Below are positions 39,601-49,012 of a stretch of 64,000 bases of DNA, one piece after another. A program made the position numbers and the translations under genes. The stretch's first letter is position 1; every line of letters begins with the position of its first letter. This DNA comes from Candidatus Binatia bacterium (lineage in GTDB: Bacteria > Desulfobacterota > Binatia > HRBIN30): contig CALAMI010000008.1 in the NCBI GenBank assembly GCA_937925685.1, positions 142,191-206,190 on the forward strand. Direction: 5' to 3'. The notes below the pieces were generated by a model. That model had not been told where the DNA came from. It did not search any database and saw only the letters and a list, made by a program, of their open reading frames with translations.

Positions 39601-40816
39601 CACCGCCAGCAAGAGGCACAACCACGCCGGACGGAGTGACGGCCCGGGTGCGATTTTCTGGATGTGGAGGAGTGGTCATATACTGGCCGACGTAAACCGA
39701 GCCCGTGTCCCAGTCAGCGGCCAGGCCCGTCAGCATGGCGAAGCTCGTCTGGGTAGCCGGTTGGCCATCGGGAGACGGTGAGCGCACACCGGTACCGGCC
39801 ACAGTCTTGACGATCGACTGCAGCGTAATGACTCCGCCAATCGATTCGATGCGGCGTACACGGTTATTGCCGACGTCCGTGAAGAACAAATTTCCCATGA
39901 GATCGAATGCCAGCCGCCCTGGATTGAAAATTCGCGCGCTAGAAGCAGGGCCGTTGTCTCCTGTGAACCCCTGCACACCGTCTCCGGCAATGGTGGTGAT
40001 GATACCTTGAGAGTCTACTCGCCGAATGCGTGAGTTTCCGGAGTCGGCGATGAACAAATTCCCCACGCTGTCGAACGCGATGTGCCACGGATTCGCTAGC
40101 TTTGCTTGAGTTGCCGGTCCACCGTCTCCGGCGAAACCCCAAGCGCCCGTCCCTGCAAAGGTAGTGATGATCCCGCTGGCACTAATTTTTCGAATCCGAT
40201 TTCCATCTGTCTCGGCAACGTACAGGTTCCCAGCCGAGTCGAACGCAACGCCTCGCGGGGCATTGATGCTTGCGCTGGTCGCTGAGCTGCCGTCGCCGCT
40301 ACTAAACGCCCGCCCGTCGCCCACGGCCGTAACGATGACTCCATCGCGCGCGATCTTACGCACCCGATGATTTAGGGTGTCGGCAACATAGACCGCCCCC
40401 CCAGACCCACAAGCGACATCGGTGGGGAAATTGAGCTGGGCGTTCACCGCCAGTCCTCCGTCCCCGGAGAATCCCCGCGCTCCCGTACCGGCCACGGTTT
40501 CGATGGTGAGCAAATCAAGGTCGACCTTGCGAACCCGATGGTTCAATCCATCCGCGATGAAAAGATTGCGGCCGCATACCGCCATGCCTCGTGGATCGAC
40601 GATGCCATTGATGGCCACACCACCGTCGCCAACACCGCCGCCCAAGACGGTATCAATCACGCCCTCGGGCGGAAGTTCGAGGGCCCAACCGAGCGAGGCC
40701 AGCATGGTTGTGACTAGGAAAAGTGAAGCGACGAGGGACGGCAAGAGCCGGTTGGCCGAGAAGCCGCAGCGCCGCATCGTTTCCCAGGGGGTTCCCGGAT
40801 TAGACCCTTCGATCAT
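36665..40816 (-). CDS. Secreted NHL-repeat beta-propeller protein with Pro/Thr linker, dockerin-like and cohesin-like modules
   Basis: Repeated IAD..N.RIR...ITTVAG.G..GF.GDGG.A..A.L..P; ASDAVVVLR...CDADGSGSITAKDA.MIL; C-terminal RVPITI...IRVWFD...G.VALALA; start may be ATG 40777. Confidence 0.85.
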   Translation of the reverse strand: MIEGSNPGTPWETMRRCGFSANRLLPSLVASLFLVTTMLASLGWALELPPEGVIDTVLGGGVGDGGVAINGIVDPRGMAVCGRNLFIADGLNHRVRKVDLDLLTIETVAGTGARGFSGDGGLAVNAQLNFPTDVACGSGGAVYVADTLNHRVRKIARDGVIVTAVGDGRAFSSGDGSSATSASINAPRGVAFDSAGNLYVAETDGNRIRKISASGIITTFAGTGAWGFAGDGGPATQAKLANPWHIAFDSVGNLFIADSGNSRIRRVDSQGIITTIAGDGVQGFTGDNGPASSARIFNPGRLAFDLMGNLFFTDVGNNRVRRIESIGGVITLQSIVKTVAGTGVRSPSPDGQPATQTSFAMLTGLAADWDTGSVYVGQYMTTPPHPENRTRAVTPSGVVVPLAGGGVGDGGVAKNALLDPMGLFLRPLATGGGFELYVADSAHHRVRMVSSLSGTITTVAGNGTPCGSGSSCGDGGLAIAAQLTNPFDVDSDSFGNLYIVELGGHRVRKLDAASGIISTIAGTGGFGYNGDNIPATQATLANPYAVAVSADGSIAYIADFQNNRIRKVEGGIITTVAGNGSWGNPPDGAVAAQSPLGAPTDVALGPDGNVYFVDRGNNVVRRIRGGLLERVAGTGWAGFGGDGGPATQALLSGPTRITFDRFGNLLIADAGNYRIRRVDMVTGVITTVAGSGSLGDSGDGGSALEAGLSRVTGLTIDKDGHLFLSVPDSARIRVASLAFTPPTATSSPTPTSTLRPPATFTATVAATPTTTASATPTASPTPTKTASSTPTNSLSPTWTPTSTFTATPSFTPTRTATPTWTPTWTPSSTPTETFTPTNTFTSTSTRTPTFTATRTATPTHTATQTRSRTPTQTFTPTATPTPTNTFTPTFTRSSTPTRSNTPTFTSTSTPSHTPSQTATRTPTNTPSPTLTPTPSRTPTHTFTPTSSPTRTATPSATATTTPTLTRTYTPSRTPTATNTTTRTPTVTATPSPTLTATLTRTPSATPTNTSTVTSTPTRTPTASASPSNSATPSRTPTPTSTSTPTHTGTPTRSATVTPNPSPTATPTVGAIRLSGAVAYFVPGQPLPDVPVQAESNGVIRSATTGPNGIYQIEQVPVGQVNVVPLPEEAQGLVPRGTNNQSTVTASDAVVVLRAATGLEELSTLQRAVCDADGSGSITAKDAAMILSYVVGALGPQSCVGTWAVQPHGPLPPMATPTPARRESCSSVLQVSLAAATSDVSGIDFVTGMVGDCNGSFAPAASGMVARSQRVSVASSQRALVRVGKAIRHRRTWRVPITIASQTPWNAATIRVWFDGARLDPPRVVLPDQGYKSLTAYHVESGSVALALARIEARSGQEAVAWLVFDGPVRLRAGAIRIQSALLE
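37615..38600 (-). repeat. Pro/Thr/Ser-rich low-complexity stalk
   Basis: About 330 aa of TPT repeats; boundaries approximate. Confidence 0.85.
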
Positions 40817-40895
40817 TCAGCTTACCCAGCGTGTTTCCCGCAAGTCCCGAAATTTGCGCGGCTCTTTTGCCAAACTCGCAGTGAGCCAAGGCCTG

Positions 40896-40911
40896 CGCCA
40901 AATCCATGCCA
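40896..40911 (-). promoter_or_regulatory. Possible sigma54 -24/-12 promoter for the NHL/matrixin genes
   Basis: Minus strand TGGCATGGATTTGGCG has GG-N10-GC spacing, but -12 reads TGGC rather than TTGC. Confidence 0.35.
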
Positions 40912-42161
40912 GGCAGTGGTGCCTGCCGCCGCAGTGGAGAGACTGCTCTTCTGGTTGCGACTTGGCACATTCGCCGACAAAAAAATGCCACGATGGCTAA
41001 GATCATGAACTCCGGCCGCCGATTCCCTGCGACTATGTTGGGCTCTGAGAGCGAGGGCATCGATCCTGTGCACATCCCACAACCGCCTCCGCCACCATCT
41101 ATTGGATCGGGAAATTGCCTTACGGAGAATGCGGGTTGGCAATACATCTCGCAAATCCGCAAGCAAATCAACAGAGAAAATTCGCCGGTGGTTCACCTCA
41201 GATTCCACTGGAAGGCACGTCTTTTGGTGCATTGCGGTGGCGAAGAGGGTAGCTTGGGAGCTTGAGCCCGTAGGGAATAGGAGGTGGGCGGGAGGGGGCA
41301 ACTGACTGCCCATACTGTTGCTGGGCTTGCAGCGGCGAAACAGCAGTTTGCACTCGGTCCCTGCCTTTAAGGAGTTTCCCGGTTCCTATTTGCCTTGGGG
41401 CTGTGGCTGTGCAGTTTCTCGAGTGAGTATGGTTTTGAGGTAACGTGGCGCGGTTGCGTGCGGAGCAGAACCCGACTTCGGCAGGCTTGCGGGTGAGCAA
41501 GGAAGTGTACGCTACGGAAAGCGCAAGGAGGCAAGAGCGAATCGTAAATATGAGGGGCGCACTAGATAACGGATCGGTTGTTTCTGGTGGACGGGCCAAC
41601 TCGACCTGGGAGAAACCTCCACAAGGAGGAACGCAATAGAGAATGCTAGAGGGCGCGCGTTCTCCCGTAGGTGCAGAAAACGTAAAGCGCCGGGATACGG
41701 GTTTCGTGCCGGATGGGGATGCAACCCTGTTGATTCAGTCGAGCTGCTGAACATCAGAGTTTACTTAACCCCTACCACTTAAAACCGATATCTCGCCGCG
41801 TTGGTTCCGTCCCGCGGGCCACTGTAACGTGCGCCCTGGAGACGAGTTTGGAATGTGACGTAAAGCTGGCATTTCCGGCCGACGATTCTCCAGCGGCCGC
41901 TGCATCGAAGAGCTTTGAGTTTGCTTGGTCACGGGCGCCTCTTCCGTGAACCACATCCGTCCCGGTTGTAGGGTCCCAACTCAAGGTGCTGCAGGACTTG
42001 TTTCCACGGGCATCGAGCTTGGGGCTTCCCTAGGAATGCCAGTTTGCGATTGACACGCGTTGGTCAGAGGTGATAGGCATGGGTCGCCCTACAGCGGGTG
42101 TGGGGTGTGTGCTTTGGGCCTTAGGTGCCTCGGTTCGTTAGCAAAGACAAGGAGCGTGCGG

Positions 42162-43439
42162 ATGGTTCGGGGAAAAATGAAGTGGATGGTTGGCGCGGTG
42201 GAGACAGGAATTTGGAGCCTGGGAGCCTTCGTTGCCGGCTTGTTGATTGCGGTGGGAACATCGCAAGCTCAGTTCAGCCTCGCTTTCACCCAGCGAGCGT
42301 CAAATGGAACGGTGTATGAGGTACTGGTTGTGCCCAATGGGCCGCTCACCGCGGGAGCTGATGAGATGCGAATCACGACCATCGCGGGATCGACTTCTGG
42401 AGTGCAATCCTGCACCTCTCCTGGTGGTACTTCAGGCCAAAACACGTCAGCACTGGCGGGGGTCGACCCGAACATTGGCTCGTTGCACTCTTTTACGGAC
42501 GTTCGCCGCACGAACGTGCTAACGCCAAGTAACGTCTCTTCCGTATTGTTTAGCCCCGGCGGTGGGGGTCGGCTCACGATTGGTGGGATTGATATTTGCG
42601 CGAATGCTGCTGACTGCAGCGGGGGCGACCCGGACGCTCGGATATTCGACCTGGATGGAAATGTGGTCGTGAGCGGAGGCGTCACGGGCACTGCCATCCC
42701 AGCTGCATGCGTGGCAACCGGAGTCCCTGCTCTTTGTTCTTCGGGTCAACTTACCACTTTTGGTTTTGGGTTGCCCCGTGACAGCACAACCAAGGAGTGC
42801 AACAGCAAGCCAACGACAAATCGGACGGTGTGCGGGGCACCCCCAGAGGATGGTTTTACCGTCCCACCAGGCGGCGTGGTGGTGTTCATCTACAATGGTA
42901 ACCTGGCCAACCAGGGATTCAGTGTAGGAGCTGCTGGGTTCGGTATCGACACCGATGGGGTCAATAACCCGCAGTGCCCGGCGAACAGTGTCATCACGGC
43001 GGACGGGCAGAACCCTAGTGCGCCGCCACCGCCACCGCCGACGCCAACGAACACTCCAACCCAAACGCCGACGCCAACGGACACCCCGACTCTGACGCCG
43101 ACCTCGACACCAACGTTAACCCCCACACTCACGCCGACTTTGACGCCAACCCTGACGCCTACGCTGACACCGACGCAAACGCCGACAAATACGCCCACGC
43201 TGACACCGACGCAAACGCCGACAAACACGCCGACGCTGACGCCCACGCCGACAAACACACCGACACTGACTCCGACACGGACCTTCACCCCGACATTAAC
43301 GCCGACCGTGACTCCGTCACCCACGCCCCCGCCTATTCCTCTGATTCCTTCGCCGATATCGCCGGCTGGTTTGGGCATGATTGGCGGGTTGGCAGCGGCG
43401 CTGTTGTGGATGATGCGGCGTGCCGTTCGTCGAGCCTAA
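42162..43439 (+). CDS. Cys-rich surface protein with Pro/Thr stalk and C-terminal sorting signal (putative exosortase substrate A)
   Basis: AAGGAG RBS before ATG 42162; signal peptide; ends [15 protein letters not shown]-hydrophobic-RRAVRRA. Confidence 0.82.
   Translation: MVRGKMKWMVGAVETGIWSLGAFVAGLLIAVGTSQAQFSLAFTQRASNGTVYEVLVVPNGPLTAGADEMRITTIAGSTSGVQSCTSPGGTSGQNTSALAGVDPNIGSLHSFTDVRRTNVLTPSNVSSVLFSPGGGGRLTIGGIDICANAADCSGGDPDARIFDLDGNVVVSGGVTGTAIPAACVATGVPALCSSGQLTTFGFGLPRDSTTKECNSKPTTNRTVCGAPPEDGFTVPPGGVVVFIYNGNLANQGFSVGAAGFGIDTDGVNNPQCPANSVITADGQNPSAPPPPPPTPTNTPTQTPTPTDTPTLTPTSTPTLTPTLTPTLTPTLTPTLTPTQTPTNTPTLTPTQTPTNTPTLTPTPTNTPTLTPTRTFTPTLTPTVTPSPTPPPIPLIPSPISPAGLGMIGGLAAALLWMMRRAVRRA
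43020..43335 (+). repeat. TPTx tetrapeptide tandem repeats ([12 protein letters not shown])
   Basis: Degenerate 12-bp period in the coding sequence. Confidence 0.85.
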
Positions 43440-43477
43440 AGTCGTGATGTGAGCGAAATATTCGGGGCTGCGAAGCT

Positions 43478-44968
43478 GTGAGGATCGACCGAGGTTGCTG
43501 CATTTGGCGTTCTCGCGGCGTTGCAGCCCCAGCCGCTGTGGCTGTGGCGCTCTTCGCGTGGGGCAAGTTCGCCGAGGCGCAGTTGAATCAAGCTTCATCG
43601 CAACGAGCAGCTGACGGTACGGTTTATCAAGTCATCATCGTCCCTCCCGGTCCGTTAAATGCAGGTGCCGAAGAGGTCCGGGTAACTACGGTGGCCGGTG
43701 GAGTGCAGGGCCTCGTCTCGTGCTCTGGCGTGGTCGGGGGGCAGGCAGCTGCCGCACGGGCAGTCGTTGGTGCGGACCCAGGTGCAGGTCAAGCCCTCTT
43801 CCCTGCAGGACAAGTGTTAAGAACGACGGTTCTAAATCCATCCTCCCTAACGGTCTCGTTCTCGTCCGGAGGAGCCGGGAGGTTGACTTTTGGCTCCGGC
43901 CCCACTGGGCTTCAGATATGCCGCAATCCGGCGGACTGTACCGGTCCCGAAAACGTGGTGTCGTTGGTGCCAATTTCCACAGCTGATAGTAGCGTGCCGA
44001 AAGCATGCGTGCGCTCCAACGTCGCTGCGGGATGTACGAGCGCTACGGTGACCACGTATGCTTTCGGGTTGGACCAGGACAACGACGGGACTTGTGACGC
44101 TGCCCCCACCACCGATACAAACGTTTGTGCGCCTGCGCCGACAGACGGCTTTAGCTTGCCGGCTGGGCGGGCCATCGTCTTCGTTTACGATAGCGGGTTG
44201 TTGAACACAGGTTTCACGATCGGTGCAGCCGGCTTTGGTGTCGACACCGACGGCTCGAACGATCCCCAGTGCAGTGCCGGAACGGTCGTGAGTGCGGACG
44301 GCCAGAGCCAAAGTGCTCCGCCGCCCCCACCGCCTACGTTCACCCCCACGAATACACCCACCGAGACGCCGACGCCAACGAGCACCCCCACGGAAACTCC
44401 AACGGAAACGCCCACATCGACTCCGACGCCCACACCAACGGAGACGCCAACTGCGACTCCGACCAGGACCCCGACGCACACCCCCACGGAGACACCGACG
44501 AATACTCCGACGAACACACCGACTGAGACACCCACGCACACCCCGACGAATACGCCAACTCATACGCCCACGGAGACGCCTACGCACACCCCCACCGACA
44601 CCCCCACTCATACGCCGACTCATACGCCGACGAACACGCCGACGAACACTCCGACGCACACCCCGACACCAACTCCCACGAACACGCCCACCGACACCCC
44701 GACACGGACTCCAACATCCACCCCGACAGATACGCCCACTCCCACACCCACGTTCACACCGACACACACGATGACGTCGACACCGACTCTGACTCACACC
44801 CCCACACCCACGCGGACCCGCACGCCCACGCGCACACCGCCGCCTATTCCAGTGGTGCCATCGCCGCTTGCCCCTTCGGGGATATTGATGATCGTTTGCC
44901 TCGTGCTGGCTTTGGCTTGGCTTGCCGTGCGCCCAGGCAGGTTCTCTCGCCCCCGTGTGCTGCGGTAG
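43478..44968 (+). CDS. Paralog of the preceding surface protein (putative exosortase substrate B)
   Basis: Shared QRA..GTVY.V..VP.GPL.AGA.E.R.TT.AG and GF..GAAGFG.DTDG.N.PQC; ends [15 protein letters not shown][20 protein letters not shown]. Confidence 0.82.
   Translation: MRIDRGCCIWRSRGVAAPAAVAVALFAWGKFAEAQLNQASSQRAADGTVYQVIIVPPGPLNAGAEEVRVTTVAGGVQGLVSCSGVVGGQAAAARAVVGADPGAGQALFPAGQVLRTTVLNPSSLTVSFSSGGAGRLTFGSGPTGLQICRNPADCTGPENVVSLVPISTADSSVPKACVRSNVAAGCTSATVTTYAFGLDQDNDGTCDAAPTTDTNVCAPAPTDGFSLPAGRAIVFVYDSGLLNTGFTIGAAGFGVDTDGSNDPQCSAGTVVSADGQSQSAPPPPPPTFTPTNTPTETPTPTSTPTETPTETPTSTPTPTPTETPTATPTRTPTHTPTETPTNTPTNTPTETPTHTPTNTPTHTPTETPTHTPTDTPTHTPTHTPTNTPTNTPTHTPTPTPTNTPTDTPTRTPTSTPTDTPTPTPTFTPTHTMTSTPTLTHTPTPTRTRTPTRTPPPIPVVPSPLAPSGILMIVCLVLALAWLAVRPGRFSRPRVLR
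44320..44845 (+). repeat. TPTx tetrapeptide tandem repeats ([16 protein letters not shown])
   Basis: Degenerate 12-bp period in the coding sequence. Confidence 0.85.
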
Positions 44969-45265
44969 TGCCCTCGCGAGAAGTGGCCTGAACCCATCTG
45001 CGGCTACCCGCGCGAAACCCCGCGTCTCCATCGCAGTCTGGGTGCGAAAAAAGTTTCTCGCGCTGCCGTAGGGAAGAGAGCGTCTGCTGAGCTTTCTGCT
45101 TGGAAGCGACGATAACTCAGGCCTCGACGGAGTCCGAAAAATTTAGCGCGTCCGCCGTGAAGGGGTGGAAATTGCATCGGCCCTTCGAAAATGACTTGCG
45201 AAGGTCACTTCGGTGAGAAACAAAGGTTGCCGTCCACGAGCGTTTCTTAAGGATGGCGGGTTGGC

Positions 45266-47758
45266 ATGAGAGGGCCTCAAGGTCTGCAAAAAGTCTTTGC
45301 CTCGGTTCAAGGGCCTGGCTCGGTATGGCTTGCCGTGTTGATGAGCATGGCCTTGGGCGGGGCTCCTAAGGCTCACGCGCAAACCCGTAACGTGTCGTTG
45401 CAGCCACCTAGCGTCGCACTGCCTGTGTCCTCAACGGTTACCCTGGAGTTGCGCATTGACGACCCAAGCGAGATTGTGGGTTACAATCTGGGCGTGAGTT
45501 ACGATTCGTCTTTGCTCGCTGTAGACACTGATTTAACCTTCAGTACGCCCGGATGCGTTGCTCAGGCAAATCGCCAAGATCCTGGGAAAATCTGTATTGC
45601 GATTGCTTGTGCCAGCCCTTTGCCGACGGCCAATACGACTCTGGCAGAGGTTAGGTTCCGCGGTGTTGCCAACGGAGTCACCTCGGCCGCGTTTGCCAAT
45701 GTCATGTGCGGGCCTAGCAGTGTGCCGGCCTGTCTCCTAGAGCGCGAAAGCGGGGGTTCCTTTGCGTGCAACACTTCTGGCACCACGTTCCAGATAGGCC
45801 CCACGCCCACGCCGACACCGACAGCGACAAACACTCCGACGCTGACTGCGACGGTCACCCTTACTGCGACCTTCAGCCGAACTCCGACCAGTTCACCCAG
45901 CTCGACAAACACTCCCTCGGCAACTCGAAGCCCCACTCCAACGTTTTCGGCCACAGTGACGCGCACCTCAACGCCCACGATGACTGCAAGCCCAACGCCT
46001 TCTTGGTCGCCCACCTTCTCCCCGACGCGAAGCTTTACGCGCACCCCCACAGCAACGGCTTCGCCGACGCACACGAGGACAGCGACGGATACGGCAACCC
46101 GTTCGCCGACGCCAACCCCGTCAGCGACGCACACAGCATCGATGACGATGACCCGAACCCCTACTCGAACTGCGACCCTAACCCCTACGGTCAGCGCTAC
46201 GCTGACGCTTACAACCACCGCAACCAGCACGAACACGCCGACCGCGTCCCGCACGTCGACGCCGAGTCCGTCGGCGACTGCGACCTGGAGTGCGACTCCT
46301 ACGGTAAGTCAGACAGCTACACGCACTTTGTCGCCAACGTTGACATCGAGTCCTACTTGGTCGGTGACCGGAACCCCAACCACGACACCAACCGCGACGC
46401 CGAGCTGGACGCTAACTTCGACTTTCACGGTGACGCCAACTCGCACTCCGAGCGCAACGCCGTCAAACTCGGCCACCGCGTCGCTTACGAGAACAGCGAC
46501 TTGGTCGGCCACCGCGAGCCCATCCTTTACCCCATCTGTGACGAGAAGTCCGACTCGCACTGTCACGGCTACCTTGCCTGCCACACCGACCCCGACGGGG
46601 ACCGGAACACCAACGGCCACCAATTCTCCGAGCGCAACGCGGACTGCAACACCGTCGCGAAGCCCGACAAATTCGCCTACGCTCACTGCCTCGAGCACGG
46701 GCACGGCGACGGCGACCCCCTCGAACACCGCCAGCCTCACCCCTACACGAGCGAGCTCACCGACACGAACTGCTTCCTTTTCCGCCACAGCCAGCCGAAC
46801 GCCAACTCCGACACCGACTCCGTCCGTTACAGCGATGCCATCAGCGTCGCGCACCGTAACAGCGTCTGCCACTCCTTCGCCGAGTGCGTCGCCAACCGCG
46901 TCGGCAACGATGTCGGTTGCCGTTACTTTCTCTCCCACCAAAACGCTTAGCCCGACGCCCACAGGCACCCCGTTAGCAGCCACGCCCACGCAGACAGCGA
47001 CCCGTCAACCTACGGCGACGCGGACCGAATCCCGCACGCCCACAGACACCGTGACGCCAACGGTTTCACCAACTTACACCAATGTCCCTACCGCCACCGC
47101 GTCTTGGACGTTTACCCCCCTGCCAACGGCCACGTATACAACCAGTGGGACACAAACTCCGACCGAAACCGCAACGACCACGGCTACAGCCTCTGAAACT
47201 CCGAGCGTGTCCCCATCGCCAACGCTCACGCGAACCTTAGAGCCAACGGCAACGGACACCCCCACTGCCACCAGCAGTCCGAGCCCAAGTATTACCCCGA
47301 CAGTAACTTACTCACCGACCTCGGCCTTTGAGGAGTCACCCACGGCGACGGCCACCGCGCAGATACCCCCGACGCAGGAGCCTTCCGCGACGCCGCCGCC
47401 GACGGAGACCATCGAGATTCCAAGTCCGTCCCTGACGGCAGAGCCAACGGTTACGCCGACAGCGACGCCACAGTCCTCGCCAACTGCGAGTGCCACGGTT
47501 ACTGAGTCGCCTCCTTTACCCACTCCGACTGTGCAACTGGGCACTTGTCCGGGCGACTGTGATGGCGATGGTCAGGTTGCGGTATATGAGATCGTGCGCA
47601 TGGTGAACATTTTACTCGAAGCATTTTCTGTGGAAGTGTGCGCAGCAGGAGACTTGTGTGGCGATGGTCGGATTACTGTCGACGAAATCGTGCTTGCGGT
47701 TCGCGCCTTGCTGCTGGGATGTCCTTTGCCGGTTTCACCCGACCGTTGCTCGCTCTAA
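45266..47758 (+). CDS. Secreted cohesin-like domain, long Pro/Thr/Ser stalk and C-terminal dockerin-like domain (scaffold/adaptor)
   Basis: Signal peptide ending AHA; TVTLELRID..IVGYNLGVSYDSSLL...LAEVRF; CPGDCDGDGQV..YEIVRMVNI...GDLCGDGRITVDEIV.AV..LL.GC. Confidence 0.8.
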   Translation: MRGPQGLQKVFASVQGPGSVWLAVLMSMALGGAPKAHAQTRNVSLQPPSVALPVSSTVTLELRIDDPSEIVGYNLGVSYDSSLLAVDTDLTFSTPGCVAQANRQDPGKICIAIACASPLPTANTTLAEVRFRGVANGVTSAAFANVMCGPSSVPACLLERESGGSFACNTSGTTFQIGPTPTPTPTATNTPTLTATVTLTATFSRTPTSSPSSTNTPSATRSPTPTFSATVTRTSTPTMTASPTPSWSPTFSPTRSFTRTPTATASPTHTRTATDTATRSPTPTPSATHTASMTMTRTPTRTATLTPTVSATLTLTTTATSTNTPTASRTSTPSPSATATWSATPTVSQTATRTLSPTLTSSPTWSVTGTPTTTPTATPSWTLTSTFTVTPTRTPSATPSNSATASLTRTATWSATASPSFTPSVTRSPTRTVTATLPATPTPTGTGTPTATNSPSATRTATPSRSPTNSPTLTASSTGTATATPSNTASLTPTRASSPTRTASFSATASRTPTPTPTPSVTAMPSASRTVTASATPSPSASPTASATMSVAVTFSPTKTLSPTPTGTPLAATPTQTATRQPTATRTESRTPTDTVTPTVSPTYTNVPTATASWTFTPLPTATYTTSGTQTPTETATTTATASETPSVSPSPTLTRTLEPTATDTPTATSSPSPSITPTVTYSPTSAFEESPTATATAQIPPTQEPSATPPPTETIEIPSPSLTAEPTVTPTATPQSSPTASATVTESPPLPTPTVQLGTCPGDCDGDGQVAVYEIVRMVNILLEAFSVEVCAAGDLCGDGRITVDEIVLAVRALLLGCPLPVSPDRCSL
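45800..47530 (+). repeat. Very long Pro/Thr/Ser-rich stalk
   Basis: About 575 aa low-complexity region; boundaries approximate. Confidence 0.85.
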
Positions 47759-47788
47759 GGCTCGCGCGCGGGCTTTGCACAGCCGCAC

Positions 47789-49012
47789 TCAGACGTAGCG
47801 TATCAAGGAGCGGGACAAACGGACGACCAACTCCTCCGGACTCCGAGCGATCACCACCAGCGTGCACAACGGTGCGTAGTGCAGGAACGCACTGTCGGCC
47901 GTGCCCCATCGTGTGGGGTCTTCAGGCTGCACCCAGAGTACAGCCCGACTTCGATGGCGAAGTTGGGTGAGGATTTCGGCGCGTGGCGGGCGGTAATTGT
48001 TCCGCCCATCGCCGAGGATCAAGAGCACCGTGTCGCGATCGATGCTCCGCAGTAGCTCCGGTGGCAGAGTGGCCAACACGTTCCCGAAGTCCGAGCGCGC
48101 GTAGACATCCAACGGGGCCAAGGGTTGAACGTGGTCTCGCTCTACTTCGAGTTCTACCGGGCGGTCGACAAAGGCAAAGAACTGGGTGCGGTGGAAGAAG
48201 GGCTTTGCGGCTGCAAGGAGTTGGAGGAAGAATTGACTCGCAGTCGCCACCGAATGCGACAGGTCGCACAGGGCCACGAGGCGCGGCCGGCGGGGCCGTT
48301 GGCGGTGGAACACGGGTTCGACGAAAAGCCCGCCGGTGCTCACGGCTTTTCGGAACGTGGCCCTGAAGTGCAACGCTCCGCGCCTTGCCCGCTTTCGCCG
48401 TCGCGCCAAGCGTCCGTGGAACGTTGTAGCTAGCTTTTGCATGGCCGGACGCAAACGTTCCACATCTGCAGGATCGAACTCCGTCCACGGGCGCTGGAAG
48501 AACGGTTTGTGGTTCCCACACGGCCCGAACTCAGGTACGCTTTGACCGGTCGTGCGGTTCAGAGACGCTGGGTAAAGCGTTTGCGATTCCCCATGGGCGT
48601 CGTATCTGCGGAGGAGTTCGCGGACGTGGCGTTGCCAACCGCTCCGAGCGGGGTGTTGGAGCGGCGAGGTGTGACTCTCGGGTTCGGGTGAAATCCGCTT
48701 TGGCTGACCGCCGTCGCCCGTAGAAGGACCGCCCTTGCGGTGCCGCTTTTGGCGCAGTCGGCGTTGCTGCGGAGCGAGGGGGAAGAACTGGTCAAAAAGG
48801 GCGTCGAACGTTGATCGATCGTCGGCGGTCTTCACCATGCAAGCTGCCAGTGTTTCTCGCAGCACAAAACGCTCTACCCCCATAACTGGGATGGCGTTGA
48901 AGGCATCCAGCACTTCCGCAGGGCTCAGGTCGATTCCGTGCGAGCGTAGGGCGCGCACGAAACTAAACAGGCGTTGGATCATGGAAGGGCTCCACGGGGA
49001 TTCAGCGACCAC
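47789..49012 (-). CDS. vWA domain protein, CoxE-like
   Basis: F..ALR..GI...PAE..DA; LCDLSHSV MIDAS-like motif; SDFG; ILGDGRNN; W..PE...WGT.DS. Confidence 0.85.
   Translation of the reverse strand: MVAESPWSPSMIQRLFSFVRALRSHGIDLSPAEVLDAFNAIPVMGVERFVLRETLAACMVKTADDRSTFDALFDQFFPLAPQQRRLRQKRHRKGGPSTGDGGQPKRISPEPESHTSPLQHPARSGWQRHVRELLRRYDAHGESQTLYPASLNRTTGQSVPEFGPCGNHKPFFQRPWTEFDPADVERLRPAMQKLATTFHGRLARRRKRARRGALHFRATFRKAVSTGGLFVEPVFHRQRPRRPRLVALCDLSHSVATASQFFLQLLAAAKPFFHRTQFFAFVDRPVELEVERDHVQPLAPLDVYARSDFGNVLATLPPELLRSIDRDTVLLILGDGRNNYRPPRAEILTQLRHRSRAVLWVQPEDPTRWGTADSAFLHYAPLCTLVVIARSPEELVVRLSRSLIRYV

Noticed and set aside
40906-41265. 119-aa ORF in the divergent region
   Set aside because: No recognisable motif or clear RBS, and it overlaps the probable promoter region
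41800-41835. Cobalamin riboswitch suggested by GCCACTG
   Set aside because: The other conserved blocks (GGGAA, B12 box) are not found in the right order
43020-44845. CRISPR-like or VNTR array
   Set aside because: The repeats are degenerate in-frame 12-bp coding units with no unique spacers, and there are no cas genes
34135-47544. Many Val/Gly-rich ORFs (VGVGVAV...) and His/Asp/Ala-rich ORFs
   Set aside because: They are antisense or alternate-frame shadows of the Pro/Thr repeat stalks
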